Origin: the human T2T-CHM13v2.0 reference genome, Homo sapiens
Assembly (NCBI RefSeq): GCF_009914755.1
Contig: NC_060928.1
Reading direction: 5' to 3' (one strand)
Length of the DNA stretch: 64,000 bases
Positions 40,066 to 57,691 of this stretch are shown in pieces. The notes beneath the pieces are model-generated. The model did not search any database and had not been told where the DNA came from. It saw nothing but the letters and a program-made list of their open reading frames with translations. A program made the translations under genes and the position numbers. Positions within the stretch are counted from its first letter, which is position 1, and each line of letters opens with the position of its first letter.

Positions 40066-43000
40066 AAATTGAGAGTTCATTTCCTCTAACCATATCATTT
40101 TATTTTTAAAAAACATTTCTAGGAATATCATAAAGAAATTCATATTTGCATCATACTTTCACCAAAATTCATTTGTTTGAGAAATAAAATTGTAGCACAT
40201 GATTAAAAAAAAAGATAATAGGGAAATATTCAAACTCCATGACTAACCTAAAAGTATAATTCATTCATTCAATAGTCCATTTGCCACATATTTACTAAAT
40301 GGAAACTTTTATACTTACAACTTTAGGAGACAATAAATAAATTACAGTATGTATGTCAAAAACGTTAACTAGAGAAGATAAACAATTCCTTCCTTAATTC
40401 TATAACTGTAGACTAACAATTATAAGCCTGAAGGGGGAAAGATATCTTACTACTAGAGGGTTACAGTATAATATAGGCATTTGGAGGAGGAAAATATAAT
40501 TTTTGCTTTGGTTGAGAAGAAGAGTACGAAGGGAAACAGTAAGATGTATTACTTGAAGAAGTGCTGTACATTGCACTAAAGATTGGAGATAACAGGGTTG
40601 AGCAAAAAGACATTTCAGTTTTTATGGTAAATTTCAAAATTTTGGCATTCACTCTCCTCAATGTGTATTAGGAATAATTAAAACTAATTGTACAATTTAG
40701 GCACATTGGAAATAATAAGAGAGTTAGAGAGTAATATTTAGAGAAGCAGTAGTAGTAATTGGAGTTATTTAATGAGAGAATTAGATTGAAGTCAGATCCT
40801 ATGCTAATAAGATGCCTTTTCCTCTGGGGGAAAAAAAAAAAGAAATGGAGAACCTCCAAGTGTTTCTGAACAGAGAATGGACTGATCTTCAAAAATATTA
40901 ACATAGCAGAAAAAGTGGGAGGACTGAAGTATGGCTGAAGCCAGGAAGACCAGTTAGAACGTTACAATGCAATAGCCAAGCTGTTTGTTAGTGAAGATTT
41001 AAACTAAAGAATGTATAAGACAGAGATATGTGAGAACTATTGCCAAGTTTGTATTAACAACACTTGGCAATTAGTAAGATATAAGGTACAAGAGAGGCAG
41101 AAAGCAAAAGTTTGTTGCAAGATAACAAGTCTAAATGTAGAGCATCTTTCGGTATTATTTTCCTTCTTTAAACAAAACATGTAAAACAGGAAGAGAATTA
41201 TAGATCAGTTATATAAATCTCTAATTCACATGACTTCACTACCATAATTTCAAATGCATTTTGAAACTACGGTCCTCAAAAGTAAAAAAGATATGAAAGC
41301 CTCAAGATCCATTATCAGTTTATATTATAAAATAAGAATATCTAACATCTATTTCTGATTACTACAACCTGTAGCTCATTATTCAACTCTGGACCACATT
41401 CCAGAATGTGTCCAAATTCTTTCGAGTATCTCATTCAGTGAGTAGGCAATGTTTTAACAGGGGAAAATAAAACTCACTAATTTGAGTAAGTCAGATCATG
41501 TTTTCCATCAGGCTAGTAAACAGCTGCAGACATAGTCTGCTTCCCATCAAAGTCTTCACGTATAACTTCTGCAATACTAATGGTATTCTGGTAAATTTTC
41601 AAAACCATAACCCTAAAAACGTGACAAACTACATTTTGTTAAAGGAATATGGCTCTACTGCCCACCCTGCATTCACCTGCAAACTTAACACAATGTAGAA
41701 ACTCTATTACAAGTGCCAAAACTCTGCTGAATATCTGTCCATGAGCTACATTTGCTGATACTTTCATAGGTTAAGCAAAAGTACATGCTCTGAATAATTC
41801 TAACACAAAAGGGAAATACTTCCCATACAGCACCTAGACTTAAAAGAAAAACAATTTCCTCATGCCTGCTTTGATAGCAGTGATAAAGGTATATCTGTTT
41901 TTTAAATATTCTCTGGAAAGCATTTCAAAGAGGAGTTGAGATCTAAATTTCTCCACTTCTCAGTCTCTTGAATCTTGCTTTAGGGTAGCATTAGGTAGAT
42001 TAATAGGCACTAAATGTGAGATGACTTCAAACAAATCTAAATGCTGTACTTTTTTCTTGAAACCTAATCACTATAGGAATTTAATTTGACAATTTTATAT
42101 TTTCAAAAAATAATTTTGATCATTTAACTTAAACTGAAGAGAAATGCTGGCAAGATTGAACTATGGCACAGATAACATAAAAGCCACTGGAAAGACAGCA
42201 GCTGTCTCAAAATTAATTCCTTATATTAAAGCCTGAATGGACTGTAAAGAAAATGTTGAATATTTTTTTTCCTTTAAACCAGGTTAGCCAACTATCCACA
42301 CAAATAACATTAGTCTATAAAATACTAACTTGATAACACCTCATAAAACAAACTTATGTTCTCCTTTTATAATATAAATTCTCAAAAGGGTTTTACGGCC
42401 GTTAATACTAAGAGAGAACGTTTGATTTTCTAGTGAGATCTGGAGCTTCACGATAGGCTTAAATTGTAATTATTCCCATAGTAGTAGCAAATTACTACTA
42501 TGACATTTCAGTACAATATTGTTTCATTCAATATTAAATCGGTCATGAAAAAAAGTCAGCAAATTGACACAGACTCTTCTCTAAATTCCTAGTTTTCATT
42601 CCCCTGATCCCTGTCCCACCAAAGATTTAAAATTTAAAATTTAAATTTAAATTTCTTACCAAATATTTAAAATTTTCTTCAAAATATATATCAAGTAAGA
42701 TATATGCTTTGAATGATGCTTATGTTTAGAAAATCAACTGCAAATTACGACCAGACAACTGGCAGCTTATGGTTTTGCAACAGTTATAGACAAAGGAACA
42801 AGTAAAAATCACAAATGTCAAGTTGCAACCCCATCTAAATAGGTTTCCTGTTTACATCAGCCCTTCTTGCAGGTGCAGGTGCTTACTTTTGGTAGTAAAG
42901 GAAAGAACTAATTTATAAACCTTAAGAACATCTTCTCACTTTCTATAAACAGGTTATAAAATTGATTAAAATTGCAGTACATCAACTCTACACATATACC

Positions 43001-43611
43001 TGCTCTGTTACTGGAGACTAATGTAATCCAAATATGTGGAAAAGTCAAATAGTTCTCAGCAAAATTAATTTAGATGGATGGATCAGATAACAACTTGGAA
43101 CTGAACCTAAAAGGATCATTCCTACTAAAAGGCAGTAAGTACTGAATGTTATATTCCAAAATGTACAAAGAAAACACTGACTTTTAGTCTATTATCAGAA
43201 TAATTTAAAAATAGTACTTTATTTACACAAATGCTTAAATACATCTCAATGGAAAAAATGGAAAGACCTGTTAAGGCTACTATATGTTCTATTTAAAAGA
43301 AAAAAGAAAATGTAACTGGCATAAAAGATCATGTAAATTTTGCATTTAATCCTACTCATGTTAATATACATCCTCAAAGAATGTGCTTCCATCTACACTA
43401 TTTTATCCTCATGAAGACAAAAGCAAAATCATTGAAGAAACCACTGATGTTCATTGCCACAAGATTTGTCGTCTTTCAAACAAAGATAAAAAATGGTAAG
43501 CACAGAAATGCAAAACTTTTCATGAGCTAATGATTTAATCATACTGGCAAAGCAATATTGATTGTATCCTTATATAATACAATTCAAAGTTCAAAAACAT
43601 TTTTAAAAAAG

Positions 43612-43968
43612 GTTGGGGGATGGTGGCTCATGCCTGTGCCTGTAATCCCAACACCTGGGAGGCTAAGGCAAGAAGATCACTCGGGCCTAGGAGTTCAACA
43701 CCAGCCTAGGCAACATAATGAGACCCCTGTATATACAAAAAATAAAAAAATAGCCATGTATGGTGATGCACACCTGTGGTCCCAGGTACTAGGGTGGTTG
43801 AGGTGGAAGGATCGCTTGAGCCCAGGAGGTCAAGGCTACAGTAAGCAGCGATCACAGTAAGCGAGGTCAAGGCTACAGTAAGCAGCGATCACAGTAAGCA
43901 GTGATCGCACTACTGCACTCCAGCAGCCTGGGTGACAAAGCGAGAACCTGTCTCAAAAAAACAAAAAG
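43612..43968 (+). mobile_element. AluJ with internal 37-bp tandem duplication
   Basis: Alu dimer; 43826-43862 is identical to 43863-43899. Confidence 0.92.
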
Positions 43969-44491
43969 GCAGGAGGGGTGGGGGTGGAATAGAGTTGAGG
44001 TAAAACAATGAAAACGGAAATTTATCTTTTGAATCACCAACTTCTTTCGCCTCAGTTCCTTTACCAAGTAAAAGAAGGACCATATACAGGCAGAGGGGGA
44101 AATGTGGAGATAAGAGACTACCATACTGATGACCAGAGGACTGCTCTCTTTGTGGCTTATGGGGTCCTCTGGAACTTCGGGGTGTTCTGGAACTTTTGGG
44201 AGCACAAGACCATGGATAACATCAATTTTCAGGATGTATAGCAATTCTGATCATAGCTATGTCCATAAAGACCCTATTTCACCTGTGGGACTTCTGGATA
44301 TTCCCTTAATACTCTACCCCCTATTCTTAGTGTATAATCCTTTCTTTTTTCTACCCCAAATACTTTAAACAAATATGAATAATTTTAAGAATTCCAGATA
44401 TTTTTCAGTTAGCATTAATATTGATTTAGCATGTCACTCCTGTTTTGTAGGAGTGTTTTTTCAAAAGTATTTGTATGGTCTCTAAGACATT

Positions 44492-45050
44492 TGTGGTAGT
44501 CAGCCTCCAGGATGGCCCCCAATGAGCCATGACTCATGAAATTCACATGTGCATTCTTGAGCAATCCTCTCCAACACAGAATACAGTTAATGGCTGACCT
44601 GTGTAAACTAACAGGATATTGCATTGCAGGAATAACAGTGTGTGTTTGTTGACACTAGGTTACCAAAGCCACTGTAGCTTCCACCTTGTTTTCTTTCCTT
44701 AGATTGTTCACTCTGAGAGAAGCCAACCACCATGCTTTGAGCATGTCAAGAGGCCTGTGGAAAGGCCCTCAATGTAGAAAAGAATTAAGCCTCTTGTCAA
44801 CAACTAGCACCTTCTTTATAAGTAAACCATCTTAGAAACAGATCACCCAACTCCAGAAAAGCTTTTATAACAGATGACTGGAGGTCCAGCTGTTATCTTG
44901 ACTGAAATCTTGTGAGACCTTGAGCTAGAACCATCTAGTTATGCTATTCCTATGTTCTGATCCAAAGGAATTATATGAGTTAATAAATTTTTATTGTTGT
45001 TTTAAGCCACAAAGTGTTGAGGTAACTTGTTAAGCAATAACTAATTCATA
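44492..45050 (+). mobile_element. MLT1E/F-like MaLR LTR
   Basis: tgtggtagtcagcctccaggatggcccccaatga...ttgttttaagccac...gcaataactaat. Confidence 0.8.
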
Positions 45051-45206
45051 CTCTTTCTTCTAAAAACCAAAAAATTAAAAAAGTCAGTGGCTCAAACATC
45101 TTCATTAACAACACAATACTGTTTCTCTATGAGGGATTGAGAACTCAAGCCAAGTGAATAACTCAACAACCCTTTCTTAAAAAAAAAAAAAAAAAAAATT
45201 AAGGTA

Positions 45207-45476
<270 letters not shown>

Positions 45477-45807
45477 TTAAATTAAGGTATAATTTACATA
45501 GGTAAAATGCATATATTATACATTTTCAGTGCATATTTCATTTAGTTATGACACACATACACCATATAGGTAATATCTGATCAAGATACAAAAATGTTCA
45601 TCCCCTTAAAAAGTTCCCTCAAGGCCATTTTGAATCAGTTCTTGAATTACCCCTTACTCTCTAACAGAATAAAGCACTGTTTTTCTATCACCGAAGATAA
45701 ATACCGATAATCTTCTATGTCTGGCTTCTTTTGCTCAGCGTAATATTTATAAGGTTAATCCACATGTTGTGGGTACCAGTAGCTCTTTCTTTTTCATTGT
45801 TGATTAA

Positions 45808-46150
45808 CAGGTTGAGCATCCCTAATCTGAAAATCTGCAATCCAAAATGTTCCAAAATCCAAAATTTTTTGGGCAACAATATGATACCACAAGTAGAAAA
45901 TTCCACACATAAGTATTTAGTGTAAACTTTGCTTCATGCACAAAATTATTTAAAGTATTACATAAAATTACACCCAGGCTATGTGTATAAGCTATCATTC
46001 AAACATAAATGAAGTTCGTGTTTACACTTAAGTCCCATCTACAACATAGCTCACTATGTAAATGCAAATACTCCAAAATCTGGGAAAAACAAATCCCAAA
46101 TCCGAAACACTTCTGGTCCCAAACATTATGGATAAAGAATTATCAATCTG
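45808..46150. mobile_element. Tigger4/MER46 (Zombi) MITE inside an old antisense L1M
   Basis: TIR caggttgagcatccct and degenerate ...tatcaatctg; tccaaaatccaaaa motifs. Confidence 0.82.
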
Positions 46151-46560
46151 TACCATGTTTATGCATTCTCCTGTCCATGGACATTTGAGTTCTACCCAGT
46201 TTAGAGCTATAATGAAGAATGTTTCTGGGAATATTCTAGTGCAAATCTTTTTGCATAGGTGGACATGTATTTTTCTGTTCTCTTGGATAAATACCTAGAC
46301 AGAGCTGGGACTAGAGTGAGGCAAATGAAGTACTACAGTACAAAATTTAAGGAGGCCTTATAACTAGGACTGGAATTGCTGGATCATAAAATAGATGTTT
46401 CTATTAATAATTTAGCCTTTTTTATAGCATTGAAATTTTAAATGTAGACTTGCCATAGGTTCTTCTGTCAAGAAATCTACCATTTAAACAAAGAGCAATA
46501 GTAGGTTAACATATTAGTCTATAAAAATATAACAAATTATATTTATGAAGACAATTGATC

Positions 46561-46895
<335 letters not shown>

Positions 46896-47228
46896 TTAAA
46901 TAAAACATTAAGTTAAGAATAACTTGTGCTACAATGATCTCTCAATCAGTAAAACTCCTTGTTTTACAGATAAGGAAAATGATTAAGAGACTTGTCCAAG
47001 GATGCCTAACTAGTTAGGGCATATTGCATCACACATATTGCATTGTAAATGCATATTTTCATCATACATATTGCATTGTAAATCTTTACACAAATTTAAC
47101 CCAGGCTCAACTAAAATATTTTTTCTTACCTAAAGTTGTGGGCATAATTGGTTTTCAATTTTAATGTCAACTAGCTTTTAAAGAAAATTGCTTTTTAGCA
47201 GCAGGAGACTGTAAATTTGAACTAGTGA

Positions 47229-47563
<335 letters not shown>

Positions 47564-47725
47564 TTAAATAAAAATCAAAGATTAGTGACATTACAAAAAT
47601 TATAACTATAAAAACACATTTACTAAATAAGGTTAAACTATTTCTAAATACATATAAAAGTTATTTTTCTTACCTATAGTCAGATTAGACTTTTCTAAGG
47701 AAGGATGTAAGGCTATAGTGTACAA

Positions 47726-50676
<2,951 letters not shown>

Positions 50677-51270
50677 GTATATACATGATATCTGCATTTT
50701 TCATTCTAGAGGCTACCCAAAACCAAATCATTTAAAGGAGCAATAATAGCACTTTTATTCAATTTATTTGTTTTGCTTCTATCAAATTACTACCATTTAT
50801 TAAGATAAATGCTTTTCTTCCCTTGAAAAAGATTTTTCATCTAGAATATTGTGGTAATGGAAAATTATTAACCAGTCAGAGTAACAATATTTTTCAAAAC
50901 TAGGATGGATAATTATAAATCTATAAACACTCGTGGCAAGATGTTTTATTGGTTTAATACAACTTGATTTATACATTAAGAAAGATTTTTGATAATTTTA
51001 AGGTCACTTCGGGAAATCTGTGAAGAAGTTCATTTAATAGTATATTTCTAATAAAAGTTTAGACCACATACTTTCCTTGCCAAGAGAGTAAATTTATTGA
51101 GTCTTTGAAATAATTGCATTTAAACTGTATCATTAAATTCTATCCAAGCTATGATTAATATTTCTCCCTACTCTTTAATGTGACCTTTATTTAACACAGT
51201 TCACTGTGTCCCTAGGAATACAAGTATCCTATTTGAAGTTACAATGTGATCCTTTCAGGAAAATAATCTT

Positions 51271-51544
51271 TTTTTTTTTTGAGATGGAGTCGCGCTCTTT
51301 TGCCCAGGCTGGAGTGCAGTGGCGCATCGCGGCTCACCACAACCTCCGCCCCGCGGGTTCAAGCAATTCTCCTGCCTCAGCATCCTGGGTAGCTGGGATT
51401 ACAGGCACGCACCACCATGCCCACTGTGGTGGCTCAAGCCTGTAATCCCACCACTTTGGGAGGGTGAGGCGGGTGGATCACAAGGCCAGGAGTTTGAGAC
51501 CAGCCTGGCCAACATAGTGAAGCCCCACTCTTATACTAAAAATA
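51271..51544 (-). mobile_element. Alu with inverted 5' (left) arm
   Basis: Tail and right arm on the minus strand (51271-51422) joined to a left arm on the plus strand (51423-51544), bounded by caggaaaataatctt on both sides. Confidence 0.88.
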
Positions 51545-51559
51545 CAGGAAAATAATCTT

Positions 51560-51852
<293 letters not shown>

Positions 51853-52165
51853 AGGAAAATAATCTTAATCTCAGCTAGTGAAATGCTTAGTACTAAGAAG
51901 GTTTCAAATTTTCATATATCCCCTTTTGAAGAATTTTTTGTGAAATATTTCAGAGAATGCCTACCTCACAAAAGATGAACACTGGACTATGTTAATGTTG
52001 AATTCATATGTAATCTGTAAATTAAATTTTCTCAAGTGAAAATTTGCACCTACCTTTATCATTAAACAAGTAACAAAAGAAACCAAACCCCTGCAGTTTA
52101 AACAAAATGCCTTTTTGTTTGCCAAGTTCTGCTTTTCATTTAATTGTTCTGATACTATACAGTAC

Positions 52166-52238
52166 CTCACAGGTTTCCTTTCTCGAAGCAAGTCTTCCAG
52201 ACTACGTTCACAATGTTCAGCCACGACCACTAGTCGTT
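52166..52238 (-). CDS. TBCK: TBCK coding exon (exon 3), 73 nt: (E)[23 protein letters not shown](S)
   Basis: Minus strand acceptor tttctcAG|AA CGA CTA and donor GTG AG|GTACTG. Peptide lies in ORF 51961..52251 and matches the TBCK kinase N-lobe as I recall it. Phase joins the next exon. Confidence 0.96.
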
Positions 52239-52728
52239 CTGAGAAAAACAAAGCAAACCCATGTTATATTTTATCAATACAACATGTTAAAAACAAAATA
52301 ATACTCTCCACTGATGATATTAATATATAACACCCATAACAATATTTTAAAAGAGCCTTTCAAACTCTATATTAACTACATTATTACCAAGTATATAGGA
52401 TAATAAACATCTAATAAAACAATAACTATTTTTTTCTCTTGTATTTTTCTTCCTCTAGAGTTTTTCTTACATACGTCAGGAAAAATAGGTGGAAAGACTG
52501 TCCTTGGGGAAAAAAATAACTCACCCTTCTTCTGACACACATTGAAAGAAAGAAGTAAAAGATTAGATGAATATATAAAGAATTTTGAAAGAAGGGAAAA
52601 GGAGCTAGGTACAGATTGCTTGACACTCTGGTTTTAAACACAGACCTTTGAAATTGCATTCAGAAACTTGAAAAAAAGTAGAAATGATCTGAATCATAAC
52701 TATAGAGAAAGAAATTCAACCTAGAATT

Positions 52729-53082
52729 ATTGTTAACCCTTGAACAACGCAGGGGGTTCTTAAAGGTGCCAACCCCCTAAATGGTCAAAAATCACCTATA
52801 ACTTTTGACTGTCCCAAAACTTAACTACTAATTTGCCTACTCTTGACTTGAAGCCTTATTGACAACACATAAACAGAACAGTATCTACATTTATTTTATG
52901 GATTCATGACATACCTTTTTTTCTTATTTTTTCCTATATTTCTAGGCTACATGGTTCATCTATGAGTTTTTTCAAATTGTCAAAAATCTCCAAAGAATTT
53001 TCCAATATAAATTCATTGGGAAAAAAATGCATATTTAAGTGGATGTGTGCAGTCCAAACCCATGTTGTTCAAGGGTCAACTG
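52729..53082. mobile_element. Tigger2a/MER28-like MITE
   Basis: TIRs gttaacccttgaacaac...gttgttcaagggtcaactg. Confidence 0.82.
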
Positions 53083-54099
53083 AACAACAGTTGAGATTAA
53101 ATATTATAAAACAGTGGTAGACATGATCAACATTAATGATGTCATTTTTATTTTCCAACAGATCAACTGATCAAGATGGCACAGTTCTAAGGGCCAGCCT
53201 ATACTTTTTTTTGCCTCATCCATTATTCCAAGTCACTAACATGATGCTTGATAATGAATCTAAGAGGAATAAAAGAAAAGTACAACTGGCTTTACAAGCT
53301 TTTGGGGATTTGACAAGGTTATTTGAGGAGTTTGGTTCAAAAGAAGTTGGAGTGTTGTCAGTATCTATGCAAAACAGATTCTAAGTAAAATAAAGAATAA
53401 GTTTAACACAAAACACAAAGACTGAGACTAGATAAGGTAAAGGTGCAAAGAAACTGCGAATAATGATAACTGTAAAATGAAGGTTTGGTGAAAATGAAAA
53501 AGTAGCCAAGGTAGAAAAAAGAGACAGAAGAAGATAGGAAAGAGGAAGTTCAGAGTAAGAAATCTAGTATATAAAATAGTTCAGTAATGATTGGATTAAG
53601 GCATGGTCTTGAATGGGGAAGTAGAGATGGACAATTGTGTTCAGGCAGACATGTCAAGTGCAGGAGCAAAGTATTATCTTGGATCTTATCTAAGTTTACT
53701 CTGTCTAGTGAAATGGGATTATACAGAATGATCTGAAACACAAAAATTAAAAATGCTATAAGTGAATATTATCATTTTCAGATAAAAGATTCCAATTGTA
53801 GAGGAAAAGGAATAAAATGAAATAGCAAATGATGAAGCTAGAGAGAGAGGTGAGCAGGAATATTTAACAGGAATTTAAAGAAAATTAACTTTAAAAGAAC
53901 ACTTAATGAGAAAAAAAGAAAAAGAAAAGGAAACCATGCAATAAAAGGTCAAGTTACTTACTTAACAAAGAAAAGCGTATGCAAAGGTAAGCTCCAAGCA
54001 ATTTAGTACAACAGTGAAATTCCAGAAGAAAAAAGCAGGCAACATTATCAGAAAACCAAAAGAAGAAGCTGCATTCCTTTGCTTTTCATCTTACCACGT

Positions 54100-54815
54100 T
54101 TTGTCCATTTTCCTTACATTTATCTGGCTCCCTCCCCTCAGTATCCTCTGTAAATCTTTACCTCTTCTACCCAAATTGAAATGCTACCAGTTCCTCCACC
54201 TTTGATTCTGGGTCTTTTTTACTGTTTTCTCATCTATTCCCAAGGCTGAAAAACTCTGAGATTTTATTGCAAGCCCAAAACTCTCTTCTGAACTGCAGGC
54301 TTCTATAGCCTATATTATAGGCTTTAATATAAAAGTCACCTGAAACTCAACCAAACTTCAACTTATAATTTACTGTTAAAGTCTGTCCCCTTTAATACTG
54401 TTTCAGTAAATGATATCACTATCCAGTCAACTGCTCTAGCTAGCAACTAAACAGTAATCTCCCCTTCTCAAATCCAAATAAACAGAGTCCTGTTATTTTT
54501 ACTTCTCAAACATTTCTAGAATCTATATAGTTTGCTCCATCTGCCACAATCTGGGCCCAGCCAGCATCATCTCATTAGATAACTACAACAATCTTTTAAC
54601 TGATCTTCTCACATTAATTCCTATTTCTTTCCAACATATTTTCACACTAAAGCCCAACTGATAAAATCATAAGAAGTCTGAATATGAAACTCCCTCTCTA
54701 GCTTCATCTATATTATTTTATCTTAGTTTACCAACTTCCATCACACTGATCTTCCTTCTGGCCTCCTGCCTTAGGACACTTACACATGGGTTCTTATTGC
54801 CTGAAATGATCTTTC
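54100..54815 (+). mobile_element. L2 fragment
   Basis: aactctcttctgaactgcag, cacctgaaactcaac, ttattgcctgaaatgatctttcc. Boundaries approximate. Confidence 0.6.
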
Positions 54816-54819
54816 CCAC

Positions 54820-55065
54820 ATAGTGGTTAAGAGTATAGACTATTTTGTCTGGGATCCAAATCCCAGTTTTGCTACTAATTAACTATGTGACCTCAGGGAA
54901 ATTTTCTAACCTCTCTATGCCAGATTTTTTCTGTAAGATGAAGAGAAGAATAGCCACCTGCCTCACAGGGTTGTTGTGAGGTTGAAATGAGTTAATATAT
55001 AATAAAGGCCTAGAATAGTGTGTGGCACATAACAAGCAATAGCTGATTGTTAGCTTTTATTATTA
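54820..55065 (+). mobile_element. MIR SINE
   Basis: tagtggttaagag...tgtgacctcaggga...cctcacagggttgttgtgagg...tggcacata. Confidence 0.85.
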
Positions 55066-55241
55066 CTCATTATTCAGGGCTCAGTTAAATGTGACTTCCT
55101 CAAGGGACACTTCTCTCATCCCCCCAACATCGATTTGCTGTCCTACAACATACTCTATTCTACATTTTAATTTTGTTTTGTAGCACTTGTTTCAACTCTA
55201 ATAATTTGTATGCATTCTTATTTTGGTCCAGCCAGCATCAT

Positions 55242-56061
55242 CAGTAACTCCACCTTATCCATGGTTTTACTTTCTGCAGTTTCCAAACATTTTAAATGGA
55301 ATATTCTAGAAATAAAAAATTCCTAAGTTTTAAATTGCATGCCATTCTGAGTAGCACAGTGAAATCTCTCACCAGCAATTAATATATGCCAAAAAGAAGA
55401 CGTGGCCGGGCACGGTAGCTCACGCCTGTAATCCCAGCACTTTGGGAGGCAGGCGGATCACGAGGTCAGGAGACCACCCTGGCTAACACAGTGAAACCTT
55501 GTCTCTACTAAAAATATGAAAAAAAAAAAAAAATTAGCCAGGCGTGGTGGCAGGTGCCTGTAGTCCCAGCTACTCGATGGCTGAGGCAGGAGAATGGCAT
55601 GAACCCGGGAGGCAGAGCTTGTAGTGAGCCGAGATCCTGCCACTGCACTCCAGCCTGGGCAACAGAGCAAGACTGTCTCAAAAACAACAACAAAAAAAAG
55701 AAGACGAAAAGTGCTTCCTTCAAGTGAAAAGGTGAAAGTTCTCGACTTGATAAGGAAAGAAAAAAAACCAGTTGTTAAGATACATGGTAAGAAATTTTCT
55801 ATTCGTGAAATTGTGAAGAAAAAAGAAAATCATACCAGTTTTGCTCTCACGCCTCAAACTACAAAATTATGACCACATTGCAAGAGAAGTGTCTAGTTAA
55901 GATGGAAAAGGCATTAAATTTGTGAGTAGAAGACATAAACAGAAGAAACACGTTCTGACTGATAAGAATCAGATTCGGTACAATCCTCAGTTTTAGACAT
56001 CCACTGGGGGTGCTGGGGGCCTTCTTGGAACATATCCCCTGAGGAAAAGGGGGGCCTACTG
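55242..56061 (+). mobile_element. MER44/Tigger7-family element interrupted by an Alu
   Basis: TIRs cagtaactccaccttatcc...ggaaaaggggggcctactg; pogo-like HTH remnant [18 protein letters not shown] in ORF 55624. Confidence 0.85.
55404..55694 (+). mobile_element. AluY/Sc with TSD aaaaagaagacg
   Basis: TSD at 55391-55402 and 55695-55706. Confidence 0.93.
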
Positions 56062-57015
56062 TGATATCTTTTTTCCTATCAGATAATATATTTTATGATG
56101 GCAGGAATGAGGTGGGTCTCATCACAGGTGCCTAGCAGTGCATCAGTAGTTGCACACAGGTGCATCACAGTAGTACATCACAGGAGCCTAGTGCACACAG
56201 GTGTACTGCATCACAGGTGTCTAGAATGTCACCTACAACATATAGGCATGTAATATAAAGATAACTGTTAGATGAATTAACTTTAGCAAAGGCATGATGT
56301 GGCCATTAGAAATGAAGAATCTCATATGACCACAGTCACTGAACAGAGCCCTGTCCTGTGTAGAAAATTACATGCCCACGTTATAAACTCAGTATAACTC
56401 AGTAGCACTGACTTTCATGTAAAACAAAAACAAAATAATTTATTAAAATGTGCATATTCCATTAATTAACCATTTTAAATTGGATATTCATAATTCTTCA
56501 TATCTATAAGAGATTTCCAAAGTATCTGGCACAACTAAAATTTTTCAGGTTTCTGGAAACCCCTTCAAAACATCATAAACAAGTGTTTGCCAAAGCTTCA
56601 AGATTCTATGGAACTATTAAGCATAGTTTTAATACTGCTGAGCCATAATCCTCAGCAGAACATCAAAGTTTCTCCCAGAGATAATGGAGTGTATACCAAA
56701 ACAATATTTCCAATATGAACCATTTTTTTAAAGAAATCTTTAGAGAGTCTTCATTCTGAAATCTCTGGACCACTGTTTAAAAATAACATGTTATAAAAAC
56801 AATATAGTTTCACAGAATAAAGCATTTAGGAATCATAATGTGCCAAATATAAATCATCAATGTAGTAGCATTATTTATAAAAAATAATGTGATGCTAAGA
56901 TGAACTTTAAAGAGTAGAATATACAATAATTGTGAAATAGTCTTACTTCTAACAAAGATTTGAGGAAGCAAAAGTATGATGTAGCGTCTCTAGCCTGAAC
57001 TGTGTGTTTTAGGTT

Positions 57016-57371
57016 TGACAGGGCTTGGCTGTGTTCCCACCCAAATCTCATCTTGAATTCTCACGTGTTGTGGGAGGGACCCAGTGGGAGGTAATTGAAT
57101 CACAGGGGAGGTCTTTCCCATGCTGTTCTTGTGATAATTAATAAGTCTCATGAGATCTGATGGTTCTATAAGGGGGAGTTTCCTTGCACAAGTTCTCTTT
57201 TTTTGGCCTGCTGCTATCCATGTAAGACGTGACTTGCTCCTCCTTGCCTTCCACCATGAATGTGAGGCCCCACCAGCCACGTGGAACTGTAAGTCCATTA
57301 AACGTTTTTCCTGTACAAATTACCTAGTTTTGGGTATGTCTTTATCAGCAGTGTGAAAACAGGCTAATACA
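57016..57371 (+). mobile_element. THE1 solo LTR
   Basis: tga...ggctgtgttcccacccaaatctcatcttgaatt...tttatcagcagtgtgaaaacaggctaataca; TSD aggtt/aagtt. Confidence 0.92.
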
Positions 57372-57691
57372 AAGTTAACACTAAGAAACTGAAGAGAACA
57401 CACATTTAAGCAAGAATAAAGGAGTTGAATAAGGAGTAGGGGGAAGTAAAATAAAGTTTTTTAAAGTAGTGGTTTTTTTGTTTAAATTTAGAGAAAGAGG
57501 TGAATCATGAATGTCTTAAAATAATATAAAGGGTTATTACAATATATTTACTGCATCACTTTTGTTATTAACAGTAAAAATCGAGACTAGCTCATCACCT
57601 TTAAAATATGATATTTCAATAAGTGTTTATACAGTTCAAAACCAACAAAGAAAAACATTATGCTTAAAGAATAGTATTGGTACCAGAACAC

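Noticed and set aside
42624-42654. atttaaaatttaaaatttaaatttaaattt palindrome-like tract
   Set aside because: Low-complexity AT repeat expected by chance or slippage.
44008-44368. ORFs with a short ggaactt/ctgg repeat, possible retrocopy
   Set aside because: No poly(A)/TSD signature and no recognisable protein.
51961-52251. 96-aa ORF as a standalone gene
   Set aside because: It is TBCK exon 3 plus intronic read-through. The same applies to ORF 4194..4382 (exon 10).
54556-55242. 15-mer ccagccagcatcatc repeated about 670 bp apart
   Set aside because: It does not bracket a single coherent element as a TSD; likely L2-derived or chance.
56121-56224. CRISPR-like repeat-spacer appearance
   Set aside because: Repeats are only about 8 bp with irregular, mutually related spacers, in a primate intron with no cas genes.
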